In this document: in pieces, positions 29,601 to 40,897 of the stretch
How positions within the stretch are numbered: position 1 is the stretch's first letter
Layout of the letters: each line of letters begins with the position of its first letter
From: Thermoplasmatota archaeon
GTDB taxonomy: Archaea > Thermoplasmatota > Penumbrarchaeia > Penumbrarchaeales > Penumbrarchaeaceae
Assembly: GCA_965234725.1 (NCBI GenBank)
Contig: CBDDUX010000021.1
Location: 1-53,510, forward strand
Length of the DNA: 53,510 nucleotides
Direction: 5' to 3'
The notes under the pieces: generated by a model
Seen by the model: only the letters and a program-made list of their open reading frames with translations
Databases searched by the model: none
What the model was told of the DNA's origin: nothing
Program-made: the position numbers and the translations under genes

Positions 29601-32600
29601 AATCTGTATTCAAGTTCCACTGCCTGCAGCCCAATGTTATCAGTCCAATCCACACTGATCTCCAGAGTGCCTGTTATTGGATCCTCAGGGGTCCAATCAA
29701 CGTTGGAGAACTCAGGATCATCATTGTCCGTCACGGTGACGGTCATAAGAGAACCAGTTGCAGTGTTCATGGAGCTGTCTGTAACGGTGATGGTATATGT
29801 CAGAGACCCCAGGGAGTCATCGAGGTCTATATCAAGGCTCCAGGTTCCATCAGAATCATCATCGAGAGATTCGGTTCCGCCTAATAATCCATGGGACCAT
29901 GTGACCTCGACATCATCAACTTCCACATTGTCATCCGTAGATATGTCGAATGTGAACGTATCTCCGGTCGTCCCTGTTGTAGGTGACCTGTCGGTGAATT
30001 TGGGGTCATCATTGTCTGTAACAACGACATCCCAGGTATCTGTCTCGTTCTCGAATGTGTTGTCATCCATTACCCAGAAATAGTATTCCAGGAGAAGTCC
30101 ACCGTCCGGAACGATATCAGCAGCATACAGGTCATTCATGTAGTATGTCATTGGTGTGGACTTCCAGGTTCCGTCATCTCTGTAATAGAGGATCACACTT
30201 GCGACCATGTCATTGTCCTTGACCTCGAATGTGATATTGAGGTTCTCTCCGGTCGTTGGAGATGCGGGAGTCAATGTCGCAGAGGATCCAAGCATTGGGA
30301 GGTTGACCTCAGTGTAATAAGTAGAGGTCGTTACCAAGTTGGAAGCGGAATCGGTGGCTGTGAAATAATAGTAGAGATGATCACAGGTCTGCGGGAGAAA
30401 CAGCATATATGTATAGGTATCTCCCACCTGGGAATAGGTTGTCCAGGACATATAGGAAGATGTGTTGTCTATCCTGAAATGTAGGGTTGGATTCATGACT
30501 GCGATGTTATCCACCCAGTCTACGCTCAGGTAGACCGCTCCGGTTATCGGCTCTTCCGGGTCCATATCGATATTGGAGTATTTCGGTGCGTCATTATCGC
30601 TCAGGGAAACCAACATGGAACTACCGGTCACAGAGTTCAACGAACCATCCTCTACGGTGACTGTATAGGTCATATCGGATAGGTCGTTGTCAAGTGTCAC
30701 TGTTCCTGACCAGGTATCATCGAAATTGCTGGAAAGGTATTTGACACCACCAAGTATGCCGTGGGTCCAGGTTATATAAACTGAGGAAACTCCAATGTTA
30801 TCGGACGTTGAAACATAGAACTTGAAGGAGTCGCCTGTAGTCCCGGAAGTGGGGGAGTTGTCAGTAAAGGCCGGATTATCATCATCTGAGAGGATGAAGG
30901 ACCACATTGGTGACTTTGTCATGTAGCCAAGGTCGTCATTAGCAGTGTAATAGTACTGTACCATGAATGATCCATCCACGGTGAAGTTTGCCCAGAACAG
31001 CTCACCAACGCCTGGTGTCATCATCATGGATTTCCAGGTTCCGTCATCGTTATAGTAGAGCATCACGGAATCCTCGTCCAGGTCCCCGTTGTCAGTGACA
31101 TTAATGGTAAGATTGACCCAGCTTCCGGTGGTCGGGACCATCGGGAGGACCGTCGGGTCGTAGAAGAACGGTTTATTGACCTGTGCGGACATGAGCGGAG
31201 TGGCCACTGAATTCCCTGCCAGGTCGGTTGCTCCGGATAGATAATAGATCGTGTCCACTGCATCTGTTATGTTGATGGACCAGGTGTATGTATCGCCCAC
31301 TACTGAAAGATTGGTCTCCTCAACGAAGGGGGAAGATCTATCGAACCGATATACCAATGCGGTTGAATCTATTACCACATTATCTGTCCAGTCAATGCTT
31401 ATCTTCAATACACCGGTCCTTGGCTCGGTTGGATCGAGCATGATATTCCTATATTGTGGTGCGGTCCCGTCTATAAGGTTCATTGTTTTGGGGGTCGTTG
31501 CCAGCCAGTTGTCATTGAGGTCCTTTGCCGTGAAGAGATAGGTCATCGGGTCCACGGATTTGGGCAGTGTGATAGTATATTCGTAGGGTTCGAGAAGCGT
31601 GATCGAGGCATTCGTGTGAGGGCCTGACCCGAACCAGTACTCTACGTCCAACTCGACTATACCGGTATTATCAGAGATCACCGGTCTGAAGGTGAAATCA
31701 TTGTTGGAATAAGCCAGAGGATCGGTGTCGTCGCTTATGATCACCGGTGCTTCATCATCCGTAAATCCCATACCGAATTTTGTAACAACACCATCATAAG
31801 TATATGAAGAACCGCTTGGATAATAGGGTCTTGTGGTCATGTATGCCCCAGGGGTTACCGGATATTCTCCATAACTTGGAGTATATGTAGCATGATATCT
31901 TGAATAACCGGTAAAATAGATATTATTCAAGTGGTCCGAATCAAGTGCATACATGTAATCATAATATCCACCGCCGATGTAGGAAGAATAACCAATGGAG
32001 GAACCGTCTGCACTCAGACCAAAGAAAACGCCGTCGTAATATCTGGATTGTGATGATTGAACAGCATTCAACACCGGGAAATCACTCGAATAGGTCCTTG
32101 CTGCCACATAGACCTCGCCTTCAGTCCCGACTTCAAGGCTGTCTCCGTCCATGTATTCGCTGTTTGTCCCTCCCATGAATGTTGACCAGACCAATCCACT
32201 TCCTGCAGCATTGAATTTCGTTACGAATAAGTCATATGAAGTACCCGCTCTTGATTCCTGGTACGCCCCTGATGTTGTTGGAAATTCGTTTCCGCTGCTG
32301 TAAGAAGATGAATAACGTGTATAACCCCCTACCACAGCTTGTCCATCATCATCAACACCGATTGCATATCCGTAATCGTAATAACCTCCTCCCAGCAGTG
32401 TTGAATATACTGCATCTCCATCCGAATCCAATTTGACACAGAATGCCTCTTCATAGGTATTCTTTACCGAAGTCTGATAAGCTCCTGAGGTTGTTGGAAA
32501 TGCAGATGAATCATAATCTGTTCTTCCCACAACATATGTGTAATCATTCTTATCAATAGCAACACCGTAACAATAATCACCTGAAGATCCGCTCCCAAGG

Positions 32601-34024
32601 AAAGTGGAGAAAACGATATCGGTTCCATCATCGTTCAGCTTAGTAACATAACCATCATATTCCGATGAATACTGGGGTCTTGATGATTGGAAAGCTCTCG
32701 AGGTTGTGGGCCAATCACCATATGTGGGTGAATATGTAGTTGAGTATTGCGTTCTTCCGACTATAACTGGATTCCCTTCGGAATCTATTGTAATATCATA
32801 AACGTAATCATTGTATGCTCCGTCTACAAGGGTTGAGAACACAAGGTCCGATCCATCCTGATTGAATTTTGTAACACCAATTGCATAGTAACCTGAGTAG
32901 ACGAAATTTTCCATAAAGGCTCTGGATGTGGTCGGCCAGTTGCCGGATGAAGAATAGTAAGTCCTGGCTGCGATGTATGCATAACCCTCATCATCAACAT
33001 CCACATAACATTCATAATCGGAGCCGTGACCGCCGATAAAAGTTGAATAAACCAACTCGGATCCTGCGTAGTTGAATTTGGAAAGGAAACAATCGTATGA
33101 AGAACTCGTCCTTGTTTCCTGATATGCTCCGGTTGTCGTTGGGAATTGGGGATTTGCGTTATATGTATATCCAGAAATGTAAGAACATCCCTCTCCGTCC
33201 ACTGCAATTCCATATGGGTAGTCATAATTTCCCCCTCCGATAAAAGTAGAATAATAAAGTGGATCGATCACGACGGTCCTGGTCCAATCATAATCACCAA
33301 GATCGAAAGAATACCTCTTACTATCAAGGACCTTGAAGGAAGCATCGATCTGCTCTCCTGTATCCGCATAGTATGCATAGAGATCGGAATCCACGATATC
33401 CATGCCATCCTGATATGTTATTACAAGGCTGTCATCATCAACCCTGAGGTCCTTGTGTCCGGAAACCTCGACCACGATATCTGATGAAATCGCATAGGGG
33501 TTGAGAATATAATCGTATTTCATCCCATCATCGCTGTAGTAATACTTGAGGTCGATGCCGCTCCAAAGATTGTCATACTGGACGATGTCGAAGGTCCTTA
33601 CCCCGGTCACCCAATCGGACCTATCGCCTATCATCCAGTTCTTCTTTCCCAACCTCTGATCGTATCCGGAGGCCCTGACATCCTTGTTTGCATCCACAAA
33701 ATCCATCTTGAGGATGTGTCCTGAGGTGATCACGGTCTCATCTAGATCATCCAGTTCATCTTCCTCAACGATGATGTTCATGATGATACCATCGTCATAG
33801 AAGGCCATCCCTCCGAATCCAGCCTCTCCGTAGAAAGACATATCCTGAGACCATTGCCCCTTGTTTTCAGTGAAAACTCCTGAACCCCTGACAAGGTCTG
33901 TGGGCTGGATTGGACCCTGCTCGGGTCCGTCCGATGCTTGGACCGGGAAGAAAGCTACCAGTCCAACAAAGGAAGAAATTAACATCGACATGGCTACAAA
34001 AATCGAGAGTGTCCCCTTTCTCAT
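23696..34024 (-). CDS. Giant 3442-aa surface protein: SBBP-type propeller repeats, long Ig-like array, PKD domains, Ca-binding DxDxDG repeats, TM anchor
   Basis: Signal peptide; FTENKGQW...[13 protein letters not shown]-domain; repeated [16 protein letters not shown] units; DN.GV..V.L.Y Ig units; [52 protein letters not shown]. Confidence 0.9.
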   Translation of the reverse strand: MRKGTLSIFVAMSMLISSFVGLVAFFPVQASDGPEQGPIQPTDLVRGSGVFTENKGQWSQDMSFYGEAGFGGMAFYDDGIIMNIIVEEDELDDLDETVITSGHILKMDFVDANKDVRASGYDQRLGKKNWMIGDRSDWVTGVRTFDIVQYDNLWSGIDLKYYYSDDGMKYDYILNPYAISSDIVVEVSGHKDLRVDDDSLVITYQDGMDIVDSDLYAYYADTGEQIDASFKVLDSKRYSFDLGDYDWTRTVVIDPLYYSTFIGGGNYDYPYGIAVDGEGCSYISGYTYNANPQFPTTTGAYQETRTSSSYDCFLSKFNYAGSELVYSTFIGGHGSDYECYVDVDDEGYAYIAARTYYSSSGNWPTTSRAFMENFVYSGYYAIGVTKFNQDGSDLVFSTLVDGAYNDYVYDITIDSEGNPVIVGRTQYSTTYSPTYGDWPTTSRAFQSSRPQYSSEYDGYVTKLNDDGTDIVFSTFLGSGSSGDYCYGVAIDKNDYTYVVGRTDYDSSAFPTTSGAYQTSVKNTYEEAFCVKLDSDGDAVYSTLLGGGYYDYGYAIGVDDDGQAVVGGYTRYSSSYSSGNEFPTTSGAYQESRAGTSYDLFVTKFNAAGSGLVWSTFMGGTNSEYMDGDSLEVGTEGEVYVAARTYSSDFPVLNAVQSSQSRYYDGVFFGLSADGSSIGYSSYIGGGYYDYMYALDSDHLNNIYFTGYSRYHATYTPSYGEYPVTPGAYMTTRPYYPSGSSYTYDGVVTKFGMGFTDDEAPVIISDDTDPLAYSNNDFTFRPVISDNTGIVELDVEYWFGSGPHTNASITLLEPYEYTITLPKSVDPMTYLFTAKDLNDNWLATTPKTMNLIDGTAPQYRNIMLDPTEPRTGVLKISIDWTDNVVIDSTALVYRFDRSSPFVEETNLSVVGDTYTWSINITDAVDTIYYLSGATDLAGNSVATPLMSAQVNKPFFYDPTVLPMVPTTGSWVNLTINVTDNGDLDEDSVMLYYNDDGTWKSMMMTPGVGELFWANFTVDGSFMVQYYYTANDDLGYMTKSPMWSFILSDDDNPAFTDNSPTSGTTGDSFKFYVSTSDNIGVSSVYITWTHGILGGVKYLSSNFDDTWSGTVTLDNDLSDMTYTVTVEDGSLNSVTGSSMLVSLSDNDAPKYSNIDMDPEEPITGAVYLSVDWVDNIAVMNPTLHFRIDNTSSYMSWTTYSQVGDTYTYMLFLPQTCDHLYYYFTATDSASNLVTTSTYYTEVNLPMLGSSATLTPASPTTGENLNITFEVKDNDMVASVILYYRDDGTWKSTPMTYYMNDLYAADIVPDGGLLLEYYFWVMDDNTFENETDTWDVVVTDNDDPKFTDRSPTTGTTGDTFTFDISTDDNVEVDDVEVTWSHGLLGGTESLDDDSDGTWSLDIDLDDSLGSLTYTITVTDSSMNTATGSLMTVTVTDNDDPEFSNVDWTPEDPITGTLEISVDWTDNIGLQAVELEYRLDNVSDYTTLSTYVQVGDTFTFTLTIPSSCDHVYFNVTATDTSNNQVVSSNYYSEVNLPQLGTITLNPTEPKTGDTVTFSIDVTDNDVLTGLFLYYNDMGDWMVMNMTSLSGDTYTADITVNESSEELKYYVMAVDDNGFENETDEETVTTGDNDPPTYTDNSPTSGTTGDDFTFDVSAEDNIEIDTVTVTWSHGTLGTTTTLDDDGDGTYSATITLDHAVTSMTYDITVTDTSTNSVTSSTATVTVSDNDAPEYDNIMIDPEDPMTGTLDVSVDWTDNIGLTNVMLQYRLDNVSGYTNLTTYTQVGDTFTFTVTIPSTCDHIYFNVSASDAADNLVTSPTEYSMVNLPMFGLPTATPSSPATGDSVNVTIDVTDNDAVMNVTFWFNPGDGWYSEEMMYYSGDTYYFEGVIDGTLSVDFYFEAKDDNGFTNESDTYTQAIIDDDDPTFTDSTGTTGTTGDSFTFDVAASDNVALDSVKVTWSHGTLGTTTTLNNDGDGTYSATITLDHAVTSMTYTVTVTDSSMNAVTSSIMTVTVSDNDKPVYSDIAMDPVRPISGTLKVTVKWTDNIGLTDVMMSYKFDNTTTAGYTDLMTYSQVGDFFTFTITIPASADHFYYNLSANDSAGHLVVVDTVYYRVNVLQLSTPVVTPGTLTTGDPVNVTIDVTDDQEVAMVTLHYNDDGAWHTIEMTKNTGDTYDIEFNIYSGSNQFIYYIVAEDDNGFTNMTSQVTLSVIDNDDPTYTDNCGTGTTVDSYTFDVAISDNWAVDSVTITWSHNNLGGSTDMEYDGDGTYSLTINLDDSIAQVYYTITIKDTSGNTVVITDSQDVDDNDAPTFSDFDILPNTPETGDLLAITVKVDDNIAYNAATVQLYYKDVTDAVYSSVTMSNLVFDTFYYDLTVPDHFSQMMYYFEATDNYLNVGTSPVFYVTVFDDTAPTFVSDNSDTLGMTGDTFLFNFTLNDNVGIDHVEVNYWFGTGSEKSLTVFDIEGDGLGDDQITTGTITIPIDSLDHLFYYYNFRDVDGNWWESGPSSTVEVSIEDNDVPTVEDVQSMLATTGDTFHFTIEIDDNIDGPEVVAVHVLWTYAEDWDNAQNLTLTYDSTNTVWDSVAFNINLNSLDILTYNITAVDLAGNWMEETGFTHMVYDNDLPSMAMDRTTTTATTGDPKNFTMDAVDNVGVMQVYLTYGYVDGNQFEMLEMTRGSSNNWFLVQTIEDTLAQIVYQFIIWDTSYNEFITTESTITVLDNDLPEIYGDMTPKIAEAGQDNFPFRVIVSDNIDVLEVNLHYYFSFNTAEQTIPMEILSNDVYKYLLDLPVMSGTMTYWFDATDIGPAFNYFETDANKQVVDILDNSEPVISIPVFEPKAYTGDTYGISVDVSDDVSVSGSRLYYFFGTTQPGTVPFMDGTGSSGTFSFEVDVPHSLDPLNFWIEAYDLGGNSARTVTFQVEVLDNDMPAFVDFLSDTTAATGEEFMFKVNATDNIGIGRVELIYTFTGMDPMTKLMERDGNTFMFSMMVPNDNGDGFEFYFRVLDTSGNTVESDPFTIDIVDDEPPVPVIVGPSEAFQHEEVAFSAYMSTDNVGIISYTWTIMDEVMDGMEVTYVFDAVGVYNVTLLISDGVNPAVEVSTRINIRDADAPVIVLNMPSVLGNHELLYGNASGSYDNVGIVLYAWTIILPDSSVMTATGPILMVDLGGAVGNITVYLSVVDAEDNDALVTRFVDIKDLLSPIAMGPGNMTLLEGDSYVLRDMGSTDNVGVTEWVWNIDGPLGDDIVRVGKEITYFFQTSGNYSFTLTVYDSARNSDSVHFNVIVLEKLSEFDTDGDGMPDVWEDKNGLDKNVNDRNRDYDGDGLTNYREYELGTDPRDPDSDDDGLPDGYEVRFGFDPLTPGDQNEDPDEDGDTNLQEYLEGATERDPTVADSEEEKDDNTVLYLVLVIIAGIIALVAMALIVKVLSKKKEVEEDFPESDFPHLHNK
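27390..30885 (-). repeat. Four tandem ~870-nt (~290-aa, three-domain) internal repeats
   Basis: D-N/D-D-P-x-F/Y-T-D...GTT-G/V-D-x-F/Y-x-F unit starts near 30880, 30010, 29140, 28270 and 27400; DNA similarity visible between about 28070-28160 and 28930-29030. Confidence 0.8.
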
Positions 34025-34107
34025 GATATCACCTACTATTTACCCCAGGTAATTCTAGTACCTCTATAGGAATACTGCACGTTAAAACCCCTTAGTGATA
34101 TATAAAA
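34025..34107 (-). promoter_or_regulatory. TATA box and Shine-Dalgarno site of the giant surface protein gene
   Basis: TTTATATA at 34106-34099; AGGTGATATC immediately before ATG 34024. Confidence 0.6.
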
Positions 34108-34219
34108 GTTCGTTGGCCAGGGGAAGGTACTGGCTATTACCTATAAATACAAGGAAAAACAGGGGGCATATCTTAAAGACCAACGGAAAAGGACAGAAAT
34201 GTGGGGTTTCCAATGGATC

Positions 34220-37200
34220 CTATGTGTCCAAATGTCCGCTATTGATCTGACCGGGAGGAACCGGAGGTGGAGGTGGTACCGGATTTGATCCGGAGGCCAT
34301 TGCAATATGGACCATCCGTTCATGAGGCGGGATCTGCACAGGGATCTGTTGTAATGGTGCAGGGGTATGGTGTGACCTGTACCTGACCAGGACGACTGCC
34401 AGGACGCCCATGAGAAGTATAAGGAAAATAATGCTTCCGATGACCAGGAATAGGGCCCATGAAGAACCATTACCATCATCGTTGTTGCCATCCTGATCAT
34501 TGATCTCGATAGCCTTGACATCTATCACCATGGACTTTTCCTGTGTATTTCCAGCGGCATCCCTCACATATCCCGTAACCGTGAAGAGCCCGGGTTCATT
34601 GAAGGTAAAATTTATTAAGGCATCAGGTGACCAATCCTTCACCCCGCTGCCATTCCAATCCACCGCATAGAAGGTGATACCATTCTCATCTTCGGAGGAA
34701 GAGAGATCGAAGGTGACCGGTGAGCCAACCTCGATGATCCCATCCTCTGGGATGGCGACCTTCAGTCCGATGGATGGTAATGAGGAATCCTTTTTGAACT
34801 CCACCGACCTTTTATCCATCCTGTTACCTGCGGCGTCTGTTGCCCAGTAAAGAAGGGTTGCAGTTCCATCAGGAACCGAGATGGGGTCGCGATATACCTT
34901 AGCCTCCCCACCTGACCACTGGTATTCTATCTGGACCGGTGATGCCCTCTCATCCTCATTTAGGAGCATCAGTTCCACCTCCAGATCGCTGTTGATATAC
35001 CATCCATTGACAGTATTGTCAGATATCTCAGGTTCGATGAAGGGTGCTTTCATATCCACTTTGAAGAAGAAGCTGATGGGATCAGCGGGATTTCCTGCCT
35101 TGTCCTCAGCATAGATCCAGATCTCGGTGGTCCCTTCATTTATCTGGATCTGTCTGTCATACTCCAGGTATGGACCTCCATTTACGGTGTAATTGATCGT
35201 CATTTCCTCTTCAAGACCGGTCACCTGCAAGGTCGGAGCCATGGTTATCCATTTGCTGGAATTTTCCCGGTCATATTCCCAACCCTCAAAGGCTCCTTTC
35301 AGGACGGGAGTAGAGGTGTCTACATCCACTTCTATCCTTTCTTCCTCTCCTTGATTCCCAGCTTTATCGATGGGAAGCATTCGGATGGTGTGTCTTCCAT
35401 CTGGGATCAGTATCTGTTGGAAGAATCTGGTAAGTTCACCACCGTCTATAGAATAGTAAAGAGCATCAGCATCCTCAGAACTGAGGGACAATGTGGGAGT
35501 GGTGCGGTAGAAACCGTTCTTACCATCTGGCACATAGGGAAAAAGCTGGTATTCGATGGAGGGAAGAATAGTATCCATCTTGAACGATCTTGATTTCTCA
35601 TCCTCGGAGTTGCCCGCCTGGTCCACAGATCTCCAAAAGAGGGTCGAGGCCCCTTCAGGAGGTGAGAAAGGACTGGAATAGGTCTGATAATCATCATTTC
35701 CGAACTTGTATTCGATAATGGCATTGGGGTGGGCAGTGTTGAGTGTAACGAGGGGGGCGCTTGTATACCATGAATCCTCAGGCATATCCGGTTCGACAAC
35801 GACCGAGGAAGATGGAGTAAGAGTATCCACCTTCAGATCGAAGTACCTGTACGTTTCGGGATTATCATGTCTGTCAATAGCCCGAAATGAGATGTTCCAT
35901 ATTCCGTCAGGAATGTAGAATGGACCAAGATACTGCTGTTCGGCCTCGTTGTTCAACCTGTAATAGATTTTTGCAGAGATTTCAGAGGTCAATGTGATCT
36001 TGGGGGTTTCGACATACCAACCATCGAGTCCATTGGGGAGCTTGGGGCTTATGGAGAATTCAGTTACAGGTGGATCAAGGTCCAGTATATCCAGTTCATA
36101 GTTGAGATCGGAACCCGAGGTAGAAGTGGTTATCAGTCTGAATGAGCTGTATGTAACGCCCCAGCCATCGAGATCAATTGTCTTGGTCCTCGAACTTCCG
36201 AAATCGATGTGGACAACTGATCTGGGTGGGTTGGATTCGAAGTAGAGAGCGGCTATGGGAGTTCCAGCGGTGTAGGATAGTTTCAGCCTGTGGGTCTCTC
36301 CGGAATCTGAAGGTGAAGAGAACCTGATGGAATTGACTCCAAAGCCCTTGATCTTGCCTTCTCCGCTTAAGGAAGAGTCAATTGGTGTTCCACTGTGGGA
36401 TTTTGTCAAAGGCAGACGGATCTGTCCGTTGGGATAGGTCTTTTGAGAGTATGAATAGGTCTCACCATCACCTGCATTATCATCATTGACGTTAATTGCC
36501 ACCATCCATTTGGAAAATGCTTCCTCGAAATCATCACTTGAACCTGATGAAGCGAGACCGGCGTTAACTCCGGTGATCCCGTTGGTTGTTGACTTAACCA
36601 ACCCGTATGTGTAGTTCTTACCACCATAGTGTTCGAACATGTACAATTGGAAAAGGAAACTCGAACCATAATAGGAGGTTGTGGAATCGTAATAGAATGT
36701 GGAATCATCCACAACAACTGAATGCTTTGGTGCCCAGTTCAAGTAGGCGTAAACGTGTGAAGAGATCCCGGAGGTAATGCCGAATACAAGATATGCTGCA
36801 AGATCGGCACATCCTTCATCCACCCAGAGATTCTCATTGATGTCATACTGCCTGTGGACCATATGTTGAAATTCATGTGCTGCAATGATCCCACCCCAGG
36901 AGAAGTCGGATCTATCAAGGTGAAATTCATCGGTTCCAGGTTGATAAAAACCACCAGTGGAACTGGGACCATCAATATCTTCAACAAGGAAGGTAATGGC
37001 TGTAACTCTTTCTTGGGGATCAAATACCTCTTTAACCTTTGCCCATGAAAAATTGATGAAATCGTCTATTATTCTATCTAATTCTTGTTCTTCTTGGCCT
37101 GAAAGAGATCCTTGTGGAAATCTATTGGTAGGATTTACATCAACCTTGACAACAAGGAAACTATTCGAATAATATTCGCTCCAGGTTGCCCTTGTAGGTC

Positions 37201-37501
37201 CGCTGGTTAGTGTATTTGGAACCCAACCATACGGATGGATGACCGCATCATCGGGCATGGGTTCAAGGGTCTGTATGAAAGGAGAATCCGGACTGGCGAA
37301 TCTGGGACGATATCCAGCTTTCACAAGTGGGTCCTTGCCCGGATCATATCCATTTGGATATAATGTCGTTTGCAGGTCAGAGTTGCTCTCTGACTGCAAA
37401 CCAACCGCTGTAAGAGGTATGAATGATGCTGCCAGAAAAAGGAAGGCCAAGGCGATGACTGGTGGGGTGGATCTTATCCCTTTTTTGATTCTCTGGTTCA
37501 T
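34220..37501 (-). CDS. Membrane-anchored zinc metallopeptidase (M30/hyicolysin-like) with Ig-like repeats and a PKD domain
   Basis: Signal peptide; AAHEFQHMVH (HEXXH) plus WVDEGCADLA; repeated GWY...P.ITL...Y...IPDG...DKAGN units; TM WALFLVIGSIIFLILLMGVLAVVLV; poly-Pro tail. Confidence 0.82.
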   Translation of the reverse strand: MNQRIKKGIRSTPPVIALAFLFLAASFIPLTAVGLQSESNSDLQTTLYPNGYDPGKDPLVKAGYRPRFASPDSPFIQTLEPMPDDAVIHPYGWVPNTLTSGPTRATWSEYYSNSFLVVKVDVNPTNRFPQGSLSGQEEQELDRIIDDFINFSWAKVKEVFDPQERVTAITFLVEDIDGPSSTGGFYQPGTDEFHLDRSDFSWGGIIAAHEFQHMVHRQYDINENLWVDEGCADLAAYLVFGITSGISSHVYAYLNWAPKHSVVVDDSTFYYDSTTSYYGSSFLFQLYMFEHYGGKNYTYGLVKSTTNGITGVNAGLASSGSSDDFEEAFSKWMVAINVNDDNAGDGETYSYSQKTYPNGQIRLPLTKSHSGTPIDSSLSGEGKIKGFGVNSIRFSSPSDSGETHRLKLSYTAGTPIAALYFESNPPRSVVHIDFGSSRTKTIDLDGWGVTYSSFRLITTSTSGSDLNYELDILDLDPPVTEFSISPKLPNGLDGWYVETPKITLTSEISAKIYYRLNNEAEQQYLGPFYIPDGIWNISFRAIDRHDNPETYRYFDLKVDTLTPSSSVVVEPDMPEDSWYTSAPLVTLNTAHPNAIIEYKFGNDDYQTYSSPFSPPEGASTLFWRSVDQAGNSEDEKSRSFKMDTILPSIEYQLFPYVPDGKNGFYRTTPTLSLSSEDADALYYSIDGGELTRFFQQILIPDGRHTIRMLPIDKAGNQGEEERIEVDVDTSTPVLKGAFEGWEYDRENSSKWITMAPTLQVTGLEEEMTINYTVNGGPYLEYDRQIQINEGTTEIWIYAEDKAGNPADPISFFFKVDMKAPFIEPEISDNTVNGWYINSDLEVELMLLNEDERASPVQIEYQWSGGEAKVYRDPISVPDGTATLLYWATDAAGNRMDKRSVEFKKDSSLPSIGLKVAIPEDGIIEVGSPVTFDLSSSEDENGITFYAVDWNGSGVKDWSPDALINFTFNEPGLFTVTGYVRDAAGNTQEKSMVIDVKAIEINDQDGNNDDGNGSSWALFLVIGSIIFLILLMGVLAVVLVRYRSHHTPAPLQQIPVQIPPHERMVHIAMASGSNPVPPPPPVPPGQINSGHLDT

Positions 37502-37611
37502 GGTCTGATTCCTCCGGCAATTTTCTTTGCTATAAATTGTGTTTGATTCCGTGTATAAAAACGGTTGCTCCTAAATATGTCGCCGGTTATGTCAAGGTGA
37601 AGATACGTTGG

Positions 37612-37639
37612 CAAAAGTCCCATCTGAATGGAAATGGGA
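37612..37639 (-). terminator. Possible terminator downstream of cysS
   Basis: Minus-strand UCCCAU-N10-AUGGGA stem followed by CUUUU. Confidence 0.3.
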
Positions 37640-37688
37640 TATCCCTGCAATTTCGTACTGGATGTCTCACAGCAGGCATCGGATCGGT

Positions 37689-39137
37689 TCAAGCATTCCT
37701 ATCCTTTCTGATGCTCCAGGTCGTTGTTTCTCCATCCTCCAGGACTATTCCTGCAATTTCCAGACGATCGCGGATCGCATCTGCGGTGGACCAGTCCTTC
37801 CTTTCCCTTGCCTGTTTACGGACATCCAGAATAATGCCAATGATCTCGTCAAGTAGTTCATGCCCGATCTCATCCTTCGAAACAGGTTTCAGGATGATCC
37901 CCAGAAGATCCGTCAATTCATCAAGGATCGAAAGGAGCGGATAAGCATTCTTTGGCACAAGTCTTCCCTGTCTCTGAAGGTCCTTCACCTCACTGTCCAT
38001 CTTGAAAAGGACGGCGACCGCGATCCTAGTGTTGAAATCATCGTCCATTGCCTGTGTGAATTCCTTCTTCAACGCAAATGCCAGCTTAAGGATATCCGGA
38101 TCCGGCTCACCATGATCAGGTATTACTCCCTCCTCATGTTCCCCGGAAATATTCACCAGATTCTCTCTTAGCTTGATCAATCTATCCAATGATCTTTCTG
38201 CCTCTTCCAAAGCCACATCCGAAAAATCGATGGGAGACCTGTAGTGTGTATACACAAGGAAGAACCGTAGTACCATGGGATCGAAACGTTGGAGTACGTC
38301 CTTTATCGTGAAGAAATTACCCAAAGATTTGGACATCTTCTCCTTGTTGATCTCAACGAAACCATTATGGAGCCAGTATTTAACGAAAGGATCACCCGTA
38401 TACGACTCCGATTGAAGGATCTCAGATTCATGGTGAGGGAAGATGAGGTCCATCCCGCCTCCATGAATGTCCAGTGTCCTCCCGATATATTTCCAGGCCA
38501 TCGTGGAACATTCAATATGCCAACCTGGCCTGCCCTTACCCCATGGTGAATCCCAGGATATCTCTCCTTCCTTTGCAGCTTTCCATAACGCAAAGTCCTT
38601 CGGATTCCTCTTCTCCTCGTTCTCCTCTATCCTTGCCCCATCCCTCATATCCTCCAGGGATTGATGACGGAGTTTCCCAAAGATGTCCTTAGCCTTTTCG
38701 ACCTGAAAATATACAGAACCGTTCACCTCGTAGGCGTATCCTTTCTCGAGGAGTCCTTTGATTACAGTGATCATGTCCGGTATCGTCTCTGAGGCCTTAG
38801 GATGGACATCAGCCTTTCTGATGTTAAGTAGCCCCATATCCTTGAAGTATTCCTGGATGAAGTTCTCAGAAAGGACAAGGGGGGGAACATTCTGGTCCTT
38901 GGACCTATTGATGATCTTGTCATCTACATCTGTGAAATTCTGAATATAGGTGACCTTCAATCCTTTGAACTCGAGGTATCGGCGGATCACATCGAAAGCC
39001 ACATAGGACCTGGCATGGCCCACGTGGCAGTTATCGTAAACCGTGGGTCCGCAAACATACATTTCGACCTTCCCTTCTTCCACAGGAACAAATTCCTGCT
39101 TGACCCTGGTCTCTGTGTTGTATACCTTTAAGACCAT
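37689..39137 (-). CDS. cysS: Cysteine--tRNA ligase
   Basis: MYVCGPTVYD.CHVGHAR, QNFTDVDDKII, DFALWK, GRPGWHIECS, HGGGMDLIFPHHE, KMSKS. Confidence 0.98.
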   Translation of the reverse strand: MVLKVYNTETRVKQEFVPVEEGKVEMYVCGPTVYDNCHVGHARSYVAFDVIRRYLEFKGLKVTYIQNFTDVDDKIINRSKDQNVPPLVLSENFIQEYFKDMGLLNIRKADVHPKASETIPDMITVIKGLLEKGYAYEVNGSVYFQVEKAKDIFGKLRHQSLEDMRDGARIEENEEKRNPKDFALWKAAKEGEISWDSPWGKGRPGWHIECSTMAWKYIGRTLDIHGGGMDLIFPHHESEILQSESYTGDPFVKYWLHNGFVEINKEKMSKSLGNFFTIKDVLQRFDPMVLRFFLVYTHYRSPIDFSDVALEEAERSLDRLIKLRENLVNISGEHEEGVIPDHGEPDPDILKLAFALKKEFTQAMDDDFNTRIAVAVLFKMDSEVKDLQRQGRLVPKNAYPLLSILDELTDLLGIILKPVSKDEIGHELLDEIIGIILDVRKQARERKDWSTADAIRDRLEIAGIVLEDGETTTWSIRKDRNA

Positions 39138-39216
39138 TTATATGTCCTCCAAGGGGTCCTCTATCCAACTTTGAATATATGTATCATTCCAATGGTGCCA
39201 ATATCCTGACCTTATC

Positions 39217-39615
39217 TCATTCCAGAGATTCCATTATGAGCTTTACCGCCCTTGCATTCCTTTCAACGGGGATCCATTGAAAGAAGCATTGGTCGAACTT
39301 GAGCTGTGTCTTCCTCGCTTTAAGGAGATAATCCATTGAATCAAACTCCCTTCTAGGGACCTGGCCGTTCATATAGTTCACAACCGACCTTGAGTCACCC
39401 TTCATGATGAGCCGCTTCACATTGTTCTTGGCCGCAAGCTCCATACCCTGTATCAGGGCTTCCCAGTGAGCCCGAGAGCCTGACCCGGCATAGGGGACTG
39501 CGCCACCGATCTCGTCCACAACAACATCTCCATCCATCAGGACTGCTCCAACGGCCATCTGGGCACCGTTGTATGGCACGGAACCATGAAAATACACTTC
39601 TTTGTTGGCTTCCAT
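39217..39615 (-). CDS. RNase HI-family protein with a degenerate active site
   Basis: VYFHG...AHWEALIQGM...KGDSRSVVNYMNG...WIPVERNARAVKL follows the archaeal RNase HI pattern YFDG...AEY.AL...KGDS.LV..QMNG...WVPRE.N..AD.L. Start ATG 39615 or 39639. Confidence 0.8.
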   Translation of the reverse strand: MEANKEVYFHGSVPYNGAQMAVGAVLMDGDVVVDEIGGAVPYAGSGSRAHWEALIQGMELAAKNNVKRLIMKGDSRSVVNYMNGQVPRREFDSMDYLLKARKTQLKFDQCFFQWIPVERNARAVKLIMESLE

Positions 39616-39722
39616 ATTCAAACCCTGGTCTATATTCATAAGATAATATTTAATAAGAACGTGGGAGGGCCCTTATACCCTTAAACCCGATCTGGAAAGA
39701 TCCTGAAAATGTCGATATCATT

Positions 39723-40118
39723 CTATTTGGAGCGGTTTCCTCTCCGGAACTTCGTATCCTTGTAGGGTCTTTTATTGGAAGAACCGTATCTGGGGCCTGA
39801 TCCTTTCTTATCCTCCCATTGTTTCCCTGGCCCTCTGCTCCGGGGTCCTGACCTTCTTTCATTATCGTCTCTGGACCTCATTGGCCTGTCAGACAGGTAA
39901 AGGTCCTTACCAAGGAGGCCTCTTAAGATTCCCTGGTCCTTCACTTTTGGACTCAGAATAACATATGGAGATGTTACCGGTCCGGTGATCCTTATGACCT
40001 TTCCAACAGGATTGGACCTCATATCAACGAGAATAACACCCAATCTGGGTGGGGATCCGCACCTCAGGACAATATTCCCTTTATTGGAGAAATTGACTAC
40101 CTTTCCGGCGGACTTCGT
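39723..40118 (-). CDS. gar1: H/ACA RNP protein Gar1 (probable ACG start)
   Basis: KSAGKVVNFSNKGNIVLR...PPRLG...VGKVIRITGPVTSPYV is the Gar1 barrel pattern, followed by a basic R/G/K tail. The frame is open 25 codons upstream of the TTG in the ORF track. Confidence 0.85.
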   Translation of the reverse strand, partial: TKSAGKVVNFSNKGNIVLRCGSPPRLGVILVDMRSNPVGKVIRITGPVTSPYVILSPKVKDQGILRGLLGKDLYLSDRPMRSRDDNERRSGPRSRGPGKQWEDKKGSGPRYGSSNKRPYKDTKFRRGNRSK

Positions 40119-40202
40119 GATATCACCTTGAACCCCAAAAGACTAGGTGCCTTTAACCGTTTCCTTTTAAACACTTACAAAAAAGGACCAAAAAGATAAT
40201 GA

Positions 40203-40895
40203 TTGGTGTTCAAGCTGTCGGAACAGGAGGATTTTCGATTGGAGGTGGACTACTACTACCTTCTGGGGGTCGCAGATGATTCCAGTCTTAAAGAGATCAG
40301 AACAGCCTACAGAAGGATGGCGGAGGTATACCACCCAGATAAGTTGAGGGAACTTCCGGAGGTCACCAGGAAGGAGGGAGAGGAGATAATGAGGCTTCTG
40401 AACGAAGCCAAATCCGTCCTGATGGATCCAGAAAGAAAAGCCAGATATGATGAGAGGATCGGAGCTGGCATCGAACTGGAGGATGCAGTGATCGTCCAGG
40501 GCCCCGGTTCCGATGGTGGTGACGTTTTCATGATAGCTATCGAAAAAGAGACGATAGCGAAGAAGATGGCAAGGGTCCTTGGTTCGATGAAAGTGGCGTT
40601 CATGAAGGACAGGGATTTCCAACATAAGATATCCATTGCAGAGGAAATGGTGGAGGCACAGGTAATCGAGGACGATGTTCCTAAGACCTCGAGTGGATCC
40701 GGTCCAATTATCGTTGAAGAGGAAGATGAAGAGGTGGAGATGAAGCTCCAATTCACTGTGGTCGATGATAGTGGACAGAAAGAGGAGAGAAAAGAGGGAA
40801 AGGGAAAAGAGAAGAAATTCAAGATCTTAGCCATCGAGGGGAATGAGGATGATGGCATCACCGATGAAGATGAGGTGGATATGGAATGGGAGTAG
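40203..40895 (+). CDS. J-domain (DnaJ class III) protein with acidic C-terminus
   Basis: DYYYLLGV...EIRTAYRRMAEVYHPDK...LNEAKSVLMDPERKARYD; no G/F-rich or zinc-finger region. Confidence 0.85.
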   Translation: MVFKLSEQEDFRLEVDYYYLLGVADDSSLKEIRTAYRRMAEVYHPDKLRELPEVTRKEGEEIMRLLNEAKSVLMDPERKARYDERIGAGIELEDAVIVQGPGSDGGDVFMIAIEKETIAKKMARVLGSMKVAFMKDRDFQHKISIAEEMVEAQVIEDDVPKTSSGSGPIIVEEEDEEVEMKLQFTVVDDSGQKEERKEGKGKEKKFKILAIEGNEDDGITDEDEVDMEWE

Positions 40896-40897
40896 GG

